From: Entomortierella parvispora E1425
Taxonomy: Eukaryota; Fungi; Mortierellomycota
Assembly: GCA_020891255.1 (NCBI GenBank)
Contig: BQFW01000011.1
Location: forward strand, 124,001 to 188,000
Reading direction: 5' to 3'
Length of the DNA: 64,000 nucleotides
The stretch's first letter is position 1. Each line of letters starts with the position of its first letter. Below the pieces are notes generated by a model. That model had not been told where the DNA came from. It searched no databases and saw nothing but the letters and a program-made list of their open reading frames with translations. Positions 22,101-33,645 of this stretch are shown one piece after another. Made by a program: the position numbers and the translations under genes.

Positions 22101-24300
22101 CTCTACATCGAGCCAAGGTACATTTCAGACCATGAAAACTTTGCTGCTAATTCTATTTCAAACAATTGGACTAAAAGCATTTTTATCTATATCTATAGGG
22201 GATCCTCCACCTACCTCGACAAGCCCGACTGCTTCCCCAACAGTGGCCTGCCAGGCAGCTATCAATGATCTTAACACCGCGTTAACATCAGTTTTGTCAT
22301 CGATCAATTCTGTTGCGGCATTGGCTCCTGCGCCATTCAGTACGGTTTTGACGTACCTTGGAACTTCTATTCAGTCGTTCGCAACTGGTCTCACTAATGG
22401 CACGGTCACGGATGCCGGCGCCGCCGCTGAGTCTATATTTCAAGCTGCCAATTCGACTCTAGGAATTCTACAGAGCGCTAATGCGGCTCTGGTTGCAGCA
22501 GGTGTGCCTAGTGGCACATTAAGCAGCCTCATCACTCAGATCCAGTCTCTTCTCACGCTCGCCACGAATGTCGTCATTTGCACAAACGCTCCAACGAGCT
22601 GCACTAGCCTGCAGACATTGGTTGGCAATGCCATCTCTCAGGTCATCACTTTCATCTCGAACGCTCCTGGAGTCAGCCTTAGTAAGTGCTGCCCGCAGCC
22701 CTATGTTTGCTTCGTGTTTGGGTCATGTAGAGCGCCAGTTACTAATTCAATAATTATAACCATCTTATTCTCTTTACTATTGGTATCATAGTTCCAGGTG
22801 CTAGTACGATCTTGAATACTATCAATACCGCTGCTCAGGGTCTTCTCAATGGTTCTGTTCCCGTTATTTCTAATCTCCAGGGCTTGGTGAACTCGGTCTC
22901 GACTCTGAACGGCCTCCTGCCTACAGCCCTCCAAGCACCCGTGAACATCGTTCTCACCCTCCTCAATCAGCTTATCGACTGCTTGAATTCGCCTGTCACA
23001 CCGACGACTTCTGCTGTGACTACGCCTGCTGCGACATCGTCTGCTCCGGCATCGTCTGGTGCGACATCGTCTCGTGCGGCATCATCTGCTCCGGCATCGT
23101 CTCGTGCGTCATCGTCTGGTGCGGCATCGTCTGGTGCGGCATCATCTGCTCCGGCATCGTCTGGTGCGGCATCATCTGCTCCGGCATCGTCTGGTGCGGC
23201 ATCATCTGCTCCGGCATCGTCTGGTGCGGCATCATCTGCTCCGGCATCGTCTGGTGCGGCATCATCTGCTCCGGCATCGTCTGGTGCGGCATCATCTGCT
23301 CCGGCATCGTCTGGTGCGGCATCATCTGCTCCGGCATCGTCTGGTGCGGCATCATCTGCTCCGGCATCGTCTGGTGCGGCATCATCTGCTCCGGCATCGT
23401 CTGGTGCGGCATCATCTGCTCCGGCATCGTCTGGTGCGGCATCATCTGCTCCGCCATCGTCTGCCGCGACATCATCTGCTGCGGCATCGTCTGCTTCGGC
23501 ATCGCCCACTGTGACGACGCCCACTACAACGACACCCGCTGTGACAACTTCCGCCAGCCCGACGGCGAGTTGTCAGGCCGCTATCAACAGCCTGGCCAGC
23601 GCTATCCCAGGAATTATATCCACGATCGACAGCGTGGCTGCTTTGTCACCTGCACCCTTTAACGCAGTCTTGACAAGTGCCGGAACTGGTATTAACTCCA
23701 TTGCGACCAATCTCACCAGTGGCTCAGCCACCGATGCAGGCGCGGCCGCTGCCTCTCTTGTCCAAGTTGTCAATTCCACACTAGCGGTCTTGCAGAATGC
23801 AAACTCGGCTCTTGTTGCCGCGGGTGTTCCTAGCGCAACATTGAGTACCCTCATCAGCAGTCTCCAATCGCTCCTGACTCAGGCCGTTGCCGTCGTGACT
23901 TGCACAGGTGCCGCAAATAATTGTTCAAGCTTGCAGCAAATGGTCGGCAATGCAATCTCCACAGTCATCAGCTTTGTTCAGGGCGCTCCTGGAGTCAGTC
24001 TCAGTAAGTGTCGGAGTATTGCGTTTTTTTGCGAAGTTTAGGCTCTATTTAATCTCCAACTAATTTTTATTTTGCTGCTTTACCTTTATAGTTCCAGGGG
24101 CGAGTACAGTCCTTTCAACAATTGGAACTACTGCCACCACCTTACTTAATGGTTCAGCCGCCACCGTGTCTGGTCTCCAGAACCTGCTTAGCAGTATCAC
24201 CGCATTGAATAGCCTCCTGCCCACCGAGCTGCAACCTCCGGTTGCCATTGCTTCTACGCTTATCAACCAGCTCATCAACTGCTTGAATCAACCGACGTAA
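18579..24300 (+). CDS. Large secreted/cell-surface mucin-like protein, 6 exons, ~1646 aa
   Basis: Exons 18579..18774, 19198..21987, 22067..22117, 22199..22681, 22792..24003 and 24092..24300 total 4941 nt in frame with GT-AG introns. Signal peptide [26 protein letters not shown]; His-rich and acidic tracts; Cys-rich modules; Ser/Gly/Thr repeats; two related ~170-aa C-terminal domains. Confidence 0.8.
19035..19096 (+). repeat. (CT)n microsatellite, ~31 units, in intron 1 of the mucin-like gene
   Basis: Direct reading. Confidence 0.95.
20100..21960 (+). repeat. Coding minisatellite: 33-nt unit ([11 protein letters not shown]) grading into [12 protein letters not shown] variants
   Basis: Unit GACCCTGGTTCTGCCACACGCTCTGGTTCCGGT repeated many times with synonymous variants, inside exon 2. 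Confidence 0.95.
23030..23480 (+). repeat. Coding minisatellite: 30-nt unit ([10 protein letters not shown])
   Basis: CTGGTGCGGCATCATCTGCTCCGGCATCGT repeated nearly perfectly between the two C-terminal domains. Confidence 0.95.
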
Positions 24301-25584
24301 GGTGGGGAATTAGTTAACGTGGCTATAGCGGGGTTCATAAAAATAAAAATTCCTCGCGTGGGACTTCATACCAAATTCAGAAAAGAGGCCAACTTTCAGT
24401 ACTCTCAGTACTCACCTCTGCTCCTGTGGTGCATGTATGGACAACTCTCTGCTCCTCAGAGTCAGCAGCAAGCCTCTCCAGGACGAGATCAAGAAATTGA
24501 CTGATCTCTTCCCCGTCTCCAGCACCCCTTCTGTTTCCTCCAACAGCACCCGCGCTATCCTCTCGCTAGCTAATCGCATTGCCTGTCAAAGTTCTGGGGT
24601 TATAGTATGAAGCACGGACTCGAACTCCCTGTTGCCTGGGAGCTTTGGGATCATGAAACGAACCCTGGAACCAAGATGCTGACCGCCACTCAAGCTGGAC
24701 TCGGACTGAAGGACGAGGAGTTCTACAAGGATGAGAAGCTTCTGGAGCGGTACGAGAGGGTCATCACAGAGATGTTTTATATCATCCAAGGCACTGGCAG
24801 CCCTCAGAAGCTTGGTGCTGTCCCAATGGTCTGGAAGATGGTTGCAGCGGGTGTCATTGCGTTCTAAAAAATCTTGCTGATGAGGTATTCTTTACTCAGT
24901 ACGCCAGACCTCACTGCGGCAACATGAGCCCGAGGAATCTATGAATATGCTCAACGACGATAACCACTCACCCAAAAAGTGGCGTAACAATGGCGTGGTC
25001 TAGAACTCTGCTCGCCTTGCCAAGGCTCTCACGCGCAAGGCCGGCGCGCCCGCCAAGAAGTGTATTTTCCTCTAAGCGCGCTGGTACTGTAGATATTTCA
25101 CAAGACCATTAGAGTAATGGGAGCAGGAAATACTGCCTTCTGTAGTCCTGAATGAAAATCCAAGAAGGATGCCGGCCTATCATCCTCCTCCTCTTAATGT
25201 ATTAGAAATACAGAAGCTTCGCGTTCTCGCATGCAAAATATGACGAAACCTCGTATTCTTGATAGAACACGAAATTTTGCATCATGTGTATCTCATTTCA
25301 CCCATGCCCACTACCTAGTACCAACTATAAGAACTCTTTGCAGGAGAGATCACAATCGCAAATGCGTTCGATGCAACCCAGCCCAGCAGTGCTCTCACGC
25401 TAAATTTATTTAAGGCGCAGTGGTGCTTATAAATTCACGATTACAAATAACATAACGGCGACTATAAAATGCGACATGAGAAGGCTGTCGGCCCACATCC
25501 CAGACACTATCCTGTAACCAGAGGTTCCCCTCCTCCAATTCAACTCATCCTCCAATTCAGCTCATGTTCCCTCTGATTTGAACT

Positions 25585-26706
25585 ATGTCAACCCTCCCTT
25601 CCACACAAAAAGCCGTCGCGCTACCAGCCAAACGCGCCCCTTTGATTGAAATCTCAGCTCCTGTGTACCCACCTGCCGCCGGTGAGGTTGTTGTTCATGT
25701 CCAATGGACTGCATCTTCGCCTCTGGATCTCCATCGCGCCGACGGTGGCCTTTTGATTTCCTCGTACCCAGCTCAGCAAGGCAGTGGCGGCGCTGCAGGA
25801 ATTGTGGTCGCAGTTGGCGCTAGTGGCGACCTCAAAGGTCTCCAGGTCGGAGACCGTGTCTCGGCCTTTGCCTTCCATGGCGGCAAGGAAGCGAACCAGC
25901 AGGAGTACATCACCATCCCCGCATACCTGGCCTCTAAAATTCCTGAAGGCATACCATTGCAAGCCGCCGTCACGGTGCCAGTGAACTTGATCACCGTGTT
26001 TCACTCCGTCACGGCAGACCTCGAGCTTGACTTACCGTGGCCTATTCCACAGAACTGGGCGTCTCAGGCGGCGACTAAACCCATTCTTGTCTGGGGTGCG
26101 AGTAGTAGTGTAGGCATCTTCGCCATCCAGGTCTTACGGCACTGGGGGTACACCAGAGTCCTCGCTGTGTCGAGTAGCAAGCACCACAAGTATCTCCATA
26201 GTCTCGGCGCAACCCAATGCTTTGACTACACAAGACCAGGTGTCGTCAGTGAAATCCTGGACTACGTGAAGGACCGGGATGAGCCCAAGGTGCCATACAT
26301 CTTGGACTGCATAGGTTCGCTACATGGCTCATTGGAGCCGCTATCCAAGATTGCCCAGAGAGACTCTCGTGTCGCTGTCATGCTTCCTGTCATTGTCAAG
26401 GACGCTACCGAAGATGAGGAGCCAGTGTACGAGATGGACGTGTCTAACTGTCTTCCTGGCAAATGGGCCGACGGTGCCGTAGTCCACGGAGTGCGAACAC
26501 ATTTTTACCTTCAGAACGAATTTTTCAAGGAGACACTTCAACCTGAGATTTTGCCTGCGCTTCTGGCCGAGGGAATTATTCAGCCCAATAACCAGAGGAT
26601 TGTTGAAGGGTCAACGATGGTTGAAAGAGCACAGAACGCGCTGAGTCTATTGAGGAGCAAGGCTGTCAGCGGTGAAAAGTTGGTGTATAGGGTATCGGAT
26701 GCGTGA
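25585..26706 (+). CDS. MDR-superfamily NAD(P)-dependent reductase (zinc-independent, enoyl/quinone-reductase-like), 373 aa, intronless
   Basis: GroES-like N-domain (GEVVVHV, GIVVAVG, LQVGDRV) and Rossmann motif ILVWGASSSVGIFAIQ, then LGATQCFDY and VSGEKLVYRV. No Zn-binding cysteines. Confidence 0.9.
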   Translation: MSTLPSTQKAVALPAKRAPLIEISAPVYPPAAGEVVVHVQWTASSPLDLHRADGGLLISSYPAQQGSGGAAGIVVAVGASGDLKGLQVGDRVSAFAFHGGKEANQQEYITIPAYLASKIPEGIPLQAAVTVPVNLITVFHSVTADLELDLPWPIPQNWASQAATKPILVWGASSSVGIFAIQVLRHWGYTRVLAVSSSKHHKYLHSLGATQCFDYTRPGVVSEILDYVKDRDEPKVPYILDCIGSLHGSLEPLSKIAQRDSRVAVMLPVIVKDATEDEEPVYEMDVSNCLPGKWADGAVVHGVRTHFYLQNEFFKETLQPEILPALLAEGIIQPNNQRIVEGSTMVERAQNALSLLRSKAVSGEKLVYRVSDA

Positions 26707-27889
26707 GTCGCGGAACCGATAAATACAATTCCACAGTTTAACAAATGCCATGAATCTGCAACAAAGCAAATAAATGGTCCTCGTCAACAGACTTTGTGTT
26801 GTTACCTTCACTTCGCCCTACTTCGCCCTGGCTTGCGCTGACTTTGATCTTTTCTGTAATACCAACTAAACTACTGCCCCATTCGCTTTTTGTTCTTTGC
26901 CCTTCATCCCGCCCAAACAAAGTCCCTTGTCCACCAAGTCCATGCAGTAAGATGATCCTAATGGATGCTTCCATCAAGAACACCAAGTAATGGAGCAACG
27001 CACCCTCTTTCCCTTTAAATATGACCACGCTGACCCCAAAGCTTGAAAGGCAAGGAGTCCAACTGTGTATAGTGGGATGGACAAGGAGATAGAGACAGCT
27101 GGAGGGTGATAAAGAGGAAGAGAAAGAGAGGAAGAGAAAGGGAGCCTTCTATGAGCAGATGACACAGACGACGGCGTTACAGAAAAGGAATGAATGTATG
27201 GGACGTAAAGAAAGCAAAGAATGCAACAGACGCGGGATCAGGAAAGGGATGATTGACTGTAGAGACAGCAAGAGACAGCAAGACTCGCCTCGAATGGAAT
27301 GGACAAGAGGAATGTAAGCAGACAAGAGTGAATGCGCATACTGGACGTGACAATGGTGGAATCAGAAGCGAGGGCAATGAGATGGTGAATGAGGATAGTC
27401 AAGAGAGATGGGGAGAGGCAGACCACTGACGGGAAAGTGGGGAGAGGAGAGAAAGAACAAGGAGAGAAAAGAAAAGGCAAGGAGGAGTCGTGAGAAAGTG
27501 AAAGGGTACTCTACAATGACATGATCTTGGGCTGGTCCAGACGGCACGGCGCGAACACAAACAAAACAAGCACGCAGCAAAAACGCACTGCCACAGGATT
27601 CGTTCGTTCCCTTGTCTCTCGCAACCTTGAAGCATCATGACCCAGTTTACATTGCCATTCTTCTTCCATCACTTCATCCCTCCATTCTGCATTCGTTCCA
27701 GGTACAGACTCTGCCCACGCTGACAGCTGGAGATACATGATACGGCGATCTTTTTTCATACATCCTTCTCCACCTTTTCTCTTTTTACCTACTTCTCACC
27801 AAAAAGCGCCCCTCGGCAACTGAACTGCTTCAGGCACACAGATTGGCACTGAACCAAAAGTGACCCCAAAGCTACGGACAAGATACGAG

Positions 27890-29111
27890 ATGGAAAGCCT
27901 GAAGCGAAAAGTGATTGACTCTGACACCATCGAGTGTGCCTCTAACAGCGCCAGCAGCGTCAGCAGTGGGAGCGCGCCTTCCAAGGTCCTAAAGATTGAC
28001 GATGTGTAAGAATATCATTCCCCTTGTTTATTCTTTTGCTACTCTCTGGAGTTGGGACCAAAAAAAAAAAAAAAGAAAAAGTCTAGTTGACTTTTACGAT
28101 TTTTTGGCACGTCCTTTTTTTTTTCTTTTTTTTGTCCTTTTCTTCTTCTAATAGCGGGGCAGAGTTCAAGGAGCTGAGAAGACTGATGGAGCTTGCGCCG
28201 GACCAAATTGGATCAACGGCGGTGGAGTTCCACGAGCACTTTGACAAGATTGCAACGTACCTGATGAACTCGGTGGCGATGGTGGTCAACAACAAGCACC
28301 ATTACAGGCTGGTGGAGATTGAGTTCTACCTCAATGGCGGGAAGCACCTGGACGTGTTCACCCACAGCAACAAAGACCAGAAGACATGCGGCGAGTGGTA
28401 CTTCCACAAGATGAATGGTTCTTACAAAGGTGGGTCCTACAAGGGTCTAGATATCACCTTTGGGAGGCATGACACGTGCTATGGAGGGATCCTGATTCGT
28501 GGGGTTCAGCTCTCCAATGACCCGGCCGCGAAAATTATCGAAGGTCCGTGCCTGGTGGTGGACCAGGTCCTCAAGCACACCAACTCCAAGATGATCATCG
28601 ACCTAGTTGACCACCCCAGCTTCTCCAAGTCCATATTCTCCGAGACTTCTCTCCTCAGGATTGTTCCCACAAAGCAAAAGATCATCCGCCCGCTTATCAA
28701 AGGCCCCAGGTACAAAATCAAAAAAATGCCAAGAACGAAAAAAAAAAAAAAAAAAAAAAAAAAGGGACAAACAAGGAAAACAACATTGCACTGACGCACG
28801 AAATCCTCACTAGGGTCGGACTCACACTGAAAAAGACAGACAAGGAAAGGGTAGACTATCTTATGAGGGAGTACAGGTACCTGAACATTCCTGAGCAGCA
28901 CTCTAAGGGCAAACCCTACATCATCCTCGCACTTCACAGACAGGGCAAGACGCTCCAGCAGATCTGCGACATCACAAAGACCAAGCAGATCCACGCATCG
29001 AGGTACATCGACCTTTATGAAAGGAATCAGAACACCCTGGACTTCTTCATCGGCAAGACCCTCAGCACGAACCTCATGTGCGAGATCTATGCAGCCATCT
29101 GCAAGGGCTAA
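27890..29111 (+). CDS. Divergent methylpurine-DNA-glycosylase (MPG/AAG)-like protein, 3 exons, 322 aa
   Basis: Exons 27890..28005, 28155..28709 and 28814..29111 total 969 nt in frame. YRLVEIEFY, H.D.FTH, WYFH, KGLDITFG, GGILIRG, IEGPCL and GPRVGLT parallel the MPG motifs RIVETEAY, D.A.H, VLIRA, GPG and GPRIGI. Confidence 0.6.
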
Positions 29112-29906
29112 TATCCAGCGTTTATTGAGAGAGAGAGAGAGAGAGAGATAAGTACGGTCGTTCTGATCAAGAAGCAAAGCAAAGAAAAGAGGATAGCTGC
29201 TGTCATGTCTATAAGTATTAAACATCCTCTCCTACCAGAGCCGACGTGATTTATTGCCAACAAATTTTTTAATCGTCATGGTGGAGGGTGGGCTGCGGTG
29301 CGGTGGAAAGGTCCCGCTTTCCCGTAGAGACGGGGGCAAGGTTCCCCATGCTGGTGGAAAGAGACGCGACATTTGGTGGCAACACTGGCTAGTCACCAAG
29401 TTTAGAGGCGTAACGCGTGCTTTGTAATCCGCAACATGCACGGCCCAAGTCTGCTCAAAGTTGACCCTTGCATATGGCGCTCCAAGTGACTATGTACAAG
29501 TGATAATAGAAAGAAAAAAAAAGCACAGAGTATTCCCATGTAGTCCACCACCATGTAGTCGCACAGAGACAGACACCCAGGGGTGCATCACAAAGGGTCT
29601 GTGCATTCTCTCCCTGTCACCCATGCATTCCTCCACATTACTTCCCTCGCTCTAATAAATATCCCCCCCTTCTGCACAATGCAGTACTCAATGATTGCTA
29701 CTCCACAGATGCGAGGAATCTCTGAACCATGTTTATTTTCGCCTCAAATCGTGAACTTCACCATCAAAGCTAAAGATTGACTCCCGAGAAGACAATTGGA
29801 GTGGGCTGAAAGGCTACAACATGAAACTGTTCCTCGCAGAATAGAGAATGGCCTCCAGGGAGACCCCTCGACCAGAAGAAGGCAGTATGGTCAAGTGATT
29901 GGAAAG

Positions 29907-30281
29907 CTAATTCCAGTAAACGTCGCCACAGGTGAAGAGACCGTCAGAGCAATCGAACTCAACGTTCAACTTTCCAGAATAGTTGTTCTTCCAGTCAGGT
30001 GAATCAGTGCAACAGAAGTTCCAATGGTTGTTGTCGACCCAAGATCCACTGCAGTCATGGTAAGAGTAAGCACAGGCGCTAATTGATTTCATAGCGGTTG
30101 CGGTGGGCATATCCCATGCGCCCTTGCCACTTGAGATGACGATTTGTCCGCACGCTTGGCCGTTGCCGTTTCTAGAGGTCACGAAAGAGAGCCACGCGTT
30201 TTTGTTGCAATTGCTATTGGCTGTAGCTGTGTGGGCGAACAGCGAAAGAGCCGCGGTAACGAGAAGAATATTCTTGAGCAT
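29907..30281 (-). CDS. Small secreted Cys-rich protein, 124 aa, 8 Cys
   Basis: Start MLKNILLVTAALSLFAHTATA (signal peptide); single exon; 8 Cys including a CC pair. Confidence 0.75.
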   Translation of the reverse strand: MLKNILLVTAALSLFAHTATANSNCNKNAWLSFVTSRNGNGQACGQIVISSGKGAWDMPTATAMKSISACAYSYHDCSGSWVDNNHWNFCCTDSPDWKNNYSGKLNVEFDCSDGLFTCGDVYWN

Positions 30282-31791
30282 CGTGGGGGCCAAAGACGTA
30301 AATTTTATCGACAGGGACTTGGAGGTGGGAACAAGAGTTGAGGTGTAGGCTGTAAAAGATGTGTATCGAAGGCGGTGACTGACTGATTGAAAATGAAAGG
30401 GAAAGCGCATCCCATTTATACTCACCGGTTAGGGGGAAAGATGAGATGATAAGGCAAAAGTTGACTAAAAGAAGGCTACCGAAAACTCGCAGGAGATGAA
30501 CCTTAGGATGAGGTGTAGACTGGAGGTTCTGACATAAGATGGAGCACAAAAATCGGAGACCAGCAGCCAAGAAGCACAAAAACACTCAATAGGTAGTGTG
30601 GTGAGGAATTCAATGAAGTGAAAATCACCAACTCTCTTGGTAACGCGCCCTCACCTGCAGTAGCCTTCAAAAGAAAAGAGTAATGAAGAGGCTGTACTCC
30701 TACCAAGCTCAATCATCCCACCCCTTCTATTTTCGGTCATTCCGGAGTGCAGCAGATGGAGATTCACAGTGACATGTCCTTGAGCCTTTGTGCAAGTCAA
30801 GCGGGCCAACACCTGGACATGTAGCACGCGTTTTACACGTTGGGTGCTCTTCAAATAATGGGAGGACGCGCGGCTTCAATTGCCTTGCGGAACTTTATTT
30901 CCTTAGCTTGCACTTTAATGCACGCACATACTTCAAAAGTCTGAAGAAACCCGAGGGCAAGGAAAGGTCACAAATAACGAAAAGTTCTGTACCACCGCAG
31001 CCCAGGGTACAGGTACTGAACAATACCCAGATTTACGCACATTGCTTAGTCCGCAACAACGCCAGTTCATGTGCACAAGGGCTAAGCAATTGATCAATAA
31101 CTCCGATGGGAACCAGTCTATGCACGCTTTTCAGTCTGCGGAGCAACAGCCGTGCCGGCTCATGTACGCCAGGGCTAAGGCACTGATCTACCACGATGGC
31201 ATTCTCTCTTGTCCCCAGGATCTTGTCGGCGCCTAACTTTCAGCCGCTTAAAGGATACCCATTTCTGGATGTATGCACCATGCGCTTAAAGGGGTGGCAA
31301 ATAACACATGCACCCCCATTGCTCTACCCATGCTACTCCAAGACACTTGAAACTTGCATCACACATGTAGTCCGCGGCGATGCCATCAAACGTGCCTTGA
31401 GTCAAGGACAAGGATGCAACAGACCTCACAGGAGCAACGGTTCCCTCCACAAAAGTCACTGCTGTCTAAGCACCAGTGATGTCGCTTCCGGACGCTCAAC
31501 AATCCACAACGACTCTGTGAAGAAGATTGGTTCAGCAGTGATTAAGAAAGCGCAAAGCCAAGGTATCGGCCAACTTCACCAGACGAAGTCAAGGGCACTA
31601 AGGGGTGCCCGATTTTGCACAGAAAGATCATCCACTCAGTGGGTGACAAAGACACATGTATCGCCATTGCTCTTGCCATCCATAACCCAGAGTTCTAAAA
31701 CTTGTGCCACACGTCCTCTTTGACGGGGCCTGTCCAGTAAAGCTAAATAGAAGAAGACTGAACCAGTTTCCATGGAGTTATCACATACCAA

Positions 31792-31827
<36 letters not shown>

Positions 31828-32220
31828 GAATATTTATTACGCGTTCCTGATTCACCATGCTGATTGCTGAGTCTCTGTCGTCCTGGAGCTGCTTGACCAT
31901 TCGCTGGTTCGGCTGGAGATAATTCTGTGATAGTGCCATCTGCTAAACTGCTCTCCTTGGCCATATAACTTGGTTGATATGGATATCGATGTTGGCCTAG
32001 CACCAGTTCAGATGTCCTGATTATAGCCATTCGGCATCGTGTCCTCTTTTTTTCCGCACAAGGACAACCTGTCCTGTCTCTTCATCAGAGTGCGTAATGT
32101 TTGAGACGTCCATTTCAAACCCGAAGCGACAGACTCGAGAATCGTCCTTTGGCTACCTTCCACACACATAACATGAGGGGGCAGATGAGAAAGTTGTCAG
32201 TCTTCTCAATCTTTTTTTTC

Positions 32221-32254
<34 letters not shown>

Positions 32255-32479
32255 CTGAAAAGAAACAGCCACAGCATCAACTGAAACTTACAATTCCATA
32301 TCACCTGTAGTCGCCGCATCCCGCCTTGTTGGAAATGTTGCCCTCATTCTAAATCCACAGACGCTGTTCTTGATTGCCCAGTCCTCGAGAAATGCAATAA
32401 ATCGTTGAAAAGGCGGTCAAATTGGAAGAGGGTACTTTGCACAGAGCTTGATTGGGAATTCTTCCTTGCCGATCAGGTC

Positions 32480-33621
32480 GTCCTCCCCGTCTAATCTTTA
32501 AAAGTCGAATCATAAATCAACTCTATCAGAATGCATTTTCAAAGCAACGCTGCCACCGAACTTCATATACTTGCCCTCTTTCGTGCCCCTGCAATTTTCT
32601 TTGCGGTGACCAATTTTGATTCGTTCCTGTAACAGCTCACTGGAGCCGTATCAAACAGGATCCTGTCCTGATCCTCCAGGACCTTCAACTTTGTCACTAA
32701 GATCCTCGTCGATAGGCCTTTGCTTTCTGCCTTCTGCTGCACCTCCTGCCGACTTGATGAAATAAACGGAATTGATCAAAATCCCCGTATCTCGACAGGA
32801 TGTCCCCTTGGCTTTTTCTTGAGGACCATATCCATTCCTAACTGATATGCAGGATGTTGCTCCACGGTCGCACTCCTAGGGATGGTCACTTTGGCGTGTT
32901 GTCGCTCATTCTGACCATCGTACGCAAAACTGATTGCAAGTTCATTTTTGGCGGTCCTGATTGCACTTTGACATGTGAACACCTGCTTTTCAAACAGGAA
33001 CTTATTGAACAAGCTCATCTGTCCAAAAGAGGAAACGAGTGAAAAAAAGTTGTTAGTACCCAGCCGCTGGCGATGCAGTTCAGCGGACTAAAAGGACCAA
33101 AAAAAAAAAAAAAAAAGCAACCAACCGAGTTAGACTCGCATCCGACATTGAGCTCCATCGAGTTGCATGCAAGCTCCATGCTACAAGGAATGGGGGCATG
33201 GGGGCGGGAAAGCAGCTAACCTCACAACAGCAGTCTTTAAGTGGCCACCTGAAGATCTATAGATACAAAGCATCAAGAATAGGGCAACATAAGCATGCAA
33301 TATCTCAAGAGCATCCACACTGGCAGTCCATTCAAAGTCATGACAGTCAATGACAGGTCAATGACAGGATGAGAAGGGTCAATGGCATACCTGTAGCTGC
33401 AGAAGACATGTTCAAAGCAAGCACTTGAGTATAGGAAACTAAGGAAAGGATGGTGGAATAGGGAGTGCAACGGAAAGGCGAAAAATAAAGCAGAAGGGGA
33501 GTCAAACGCCACCAACCTTGTGGAGGGCGTGAAAGCCATTTTTTTGTATTGGCTAGAACCAATTTATGTGAAAGACCGCTCTTGGGGACCCTGAGTGCAG
33601 GGCCTGAAAGCCATTTTTTTT
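32480..33621 (-). mobile_element. Unclassified ~1.1-kb interspersed repeat, copy A (inverted relative to 60151..61290), carrying a decayed ORF
   Basis: Colinear reverse-complement match to 60151..61290, including the relic MSLFNKFLFEKQVFTCQSAIRTAKNE.AISFAYD...QHAKV.IPRSATVEQHPAYQ. It ends in the 55-bp core flanked by GAAAGCCATTTTTTT direct repeats. Confidence 0.75.
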
Positions 33622-33645
33622 AATGGTGCAAAGCACTACACAACA

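Noticed and set aside
22967-23524. [15 protein letters not shown] and RHRLV ORFs
   Set aside because: Shadows of the 30-nt coding repeat.
24607-25080. 86-aa ORF and following coding-like sequence
   Set aside because: Stops interrupt it and there is no assignable motif. Noted only as part of the possibly foreign block.
31050-31740. Two similar minus-strand peptides (SFRTLGYGWQEQWRYMC and SFKCLGVAWVEQWGCMC) and a RYLGF motif suggesting an LRR or LINE relic
   Set aside because: Too degenerate, with multiple stops. Cannot distinguish the alternatives without an HMM search.
33531-33621. CRISPR-like repeat-spacer-repeat (GAAAGCCATTTTTTT pair)
   Set aside because: Only two short repeats, and the intervening sequence is the same at all loci, so there are no variable spacers. 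Eukaryotic context, no cas genes.
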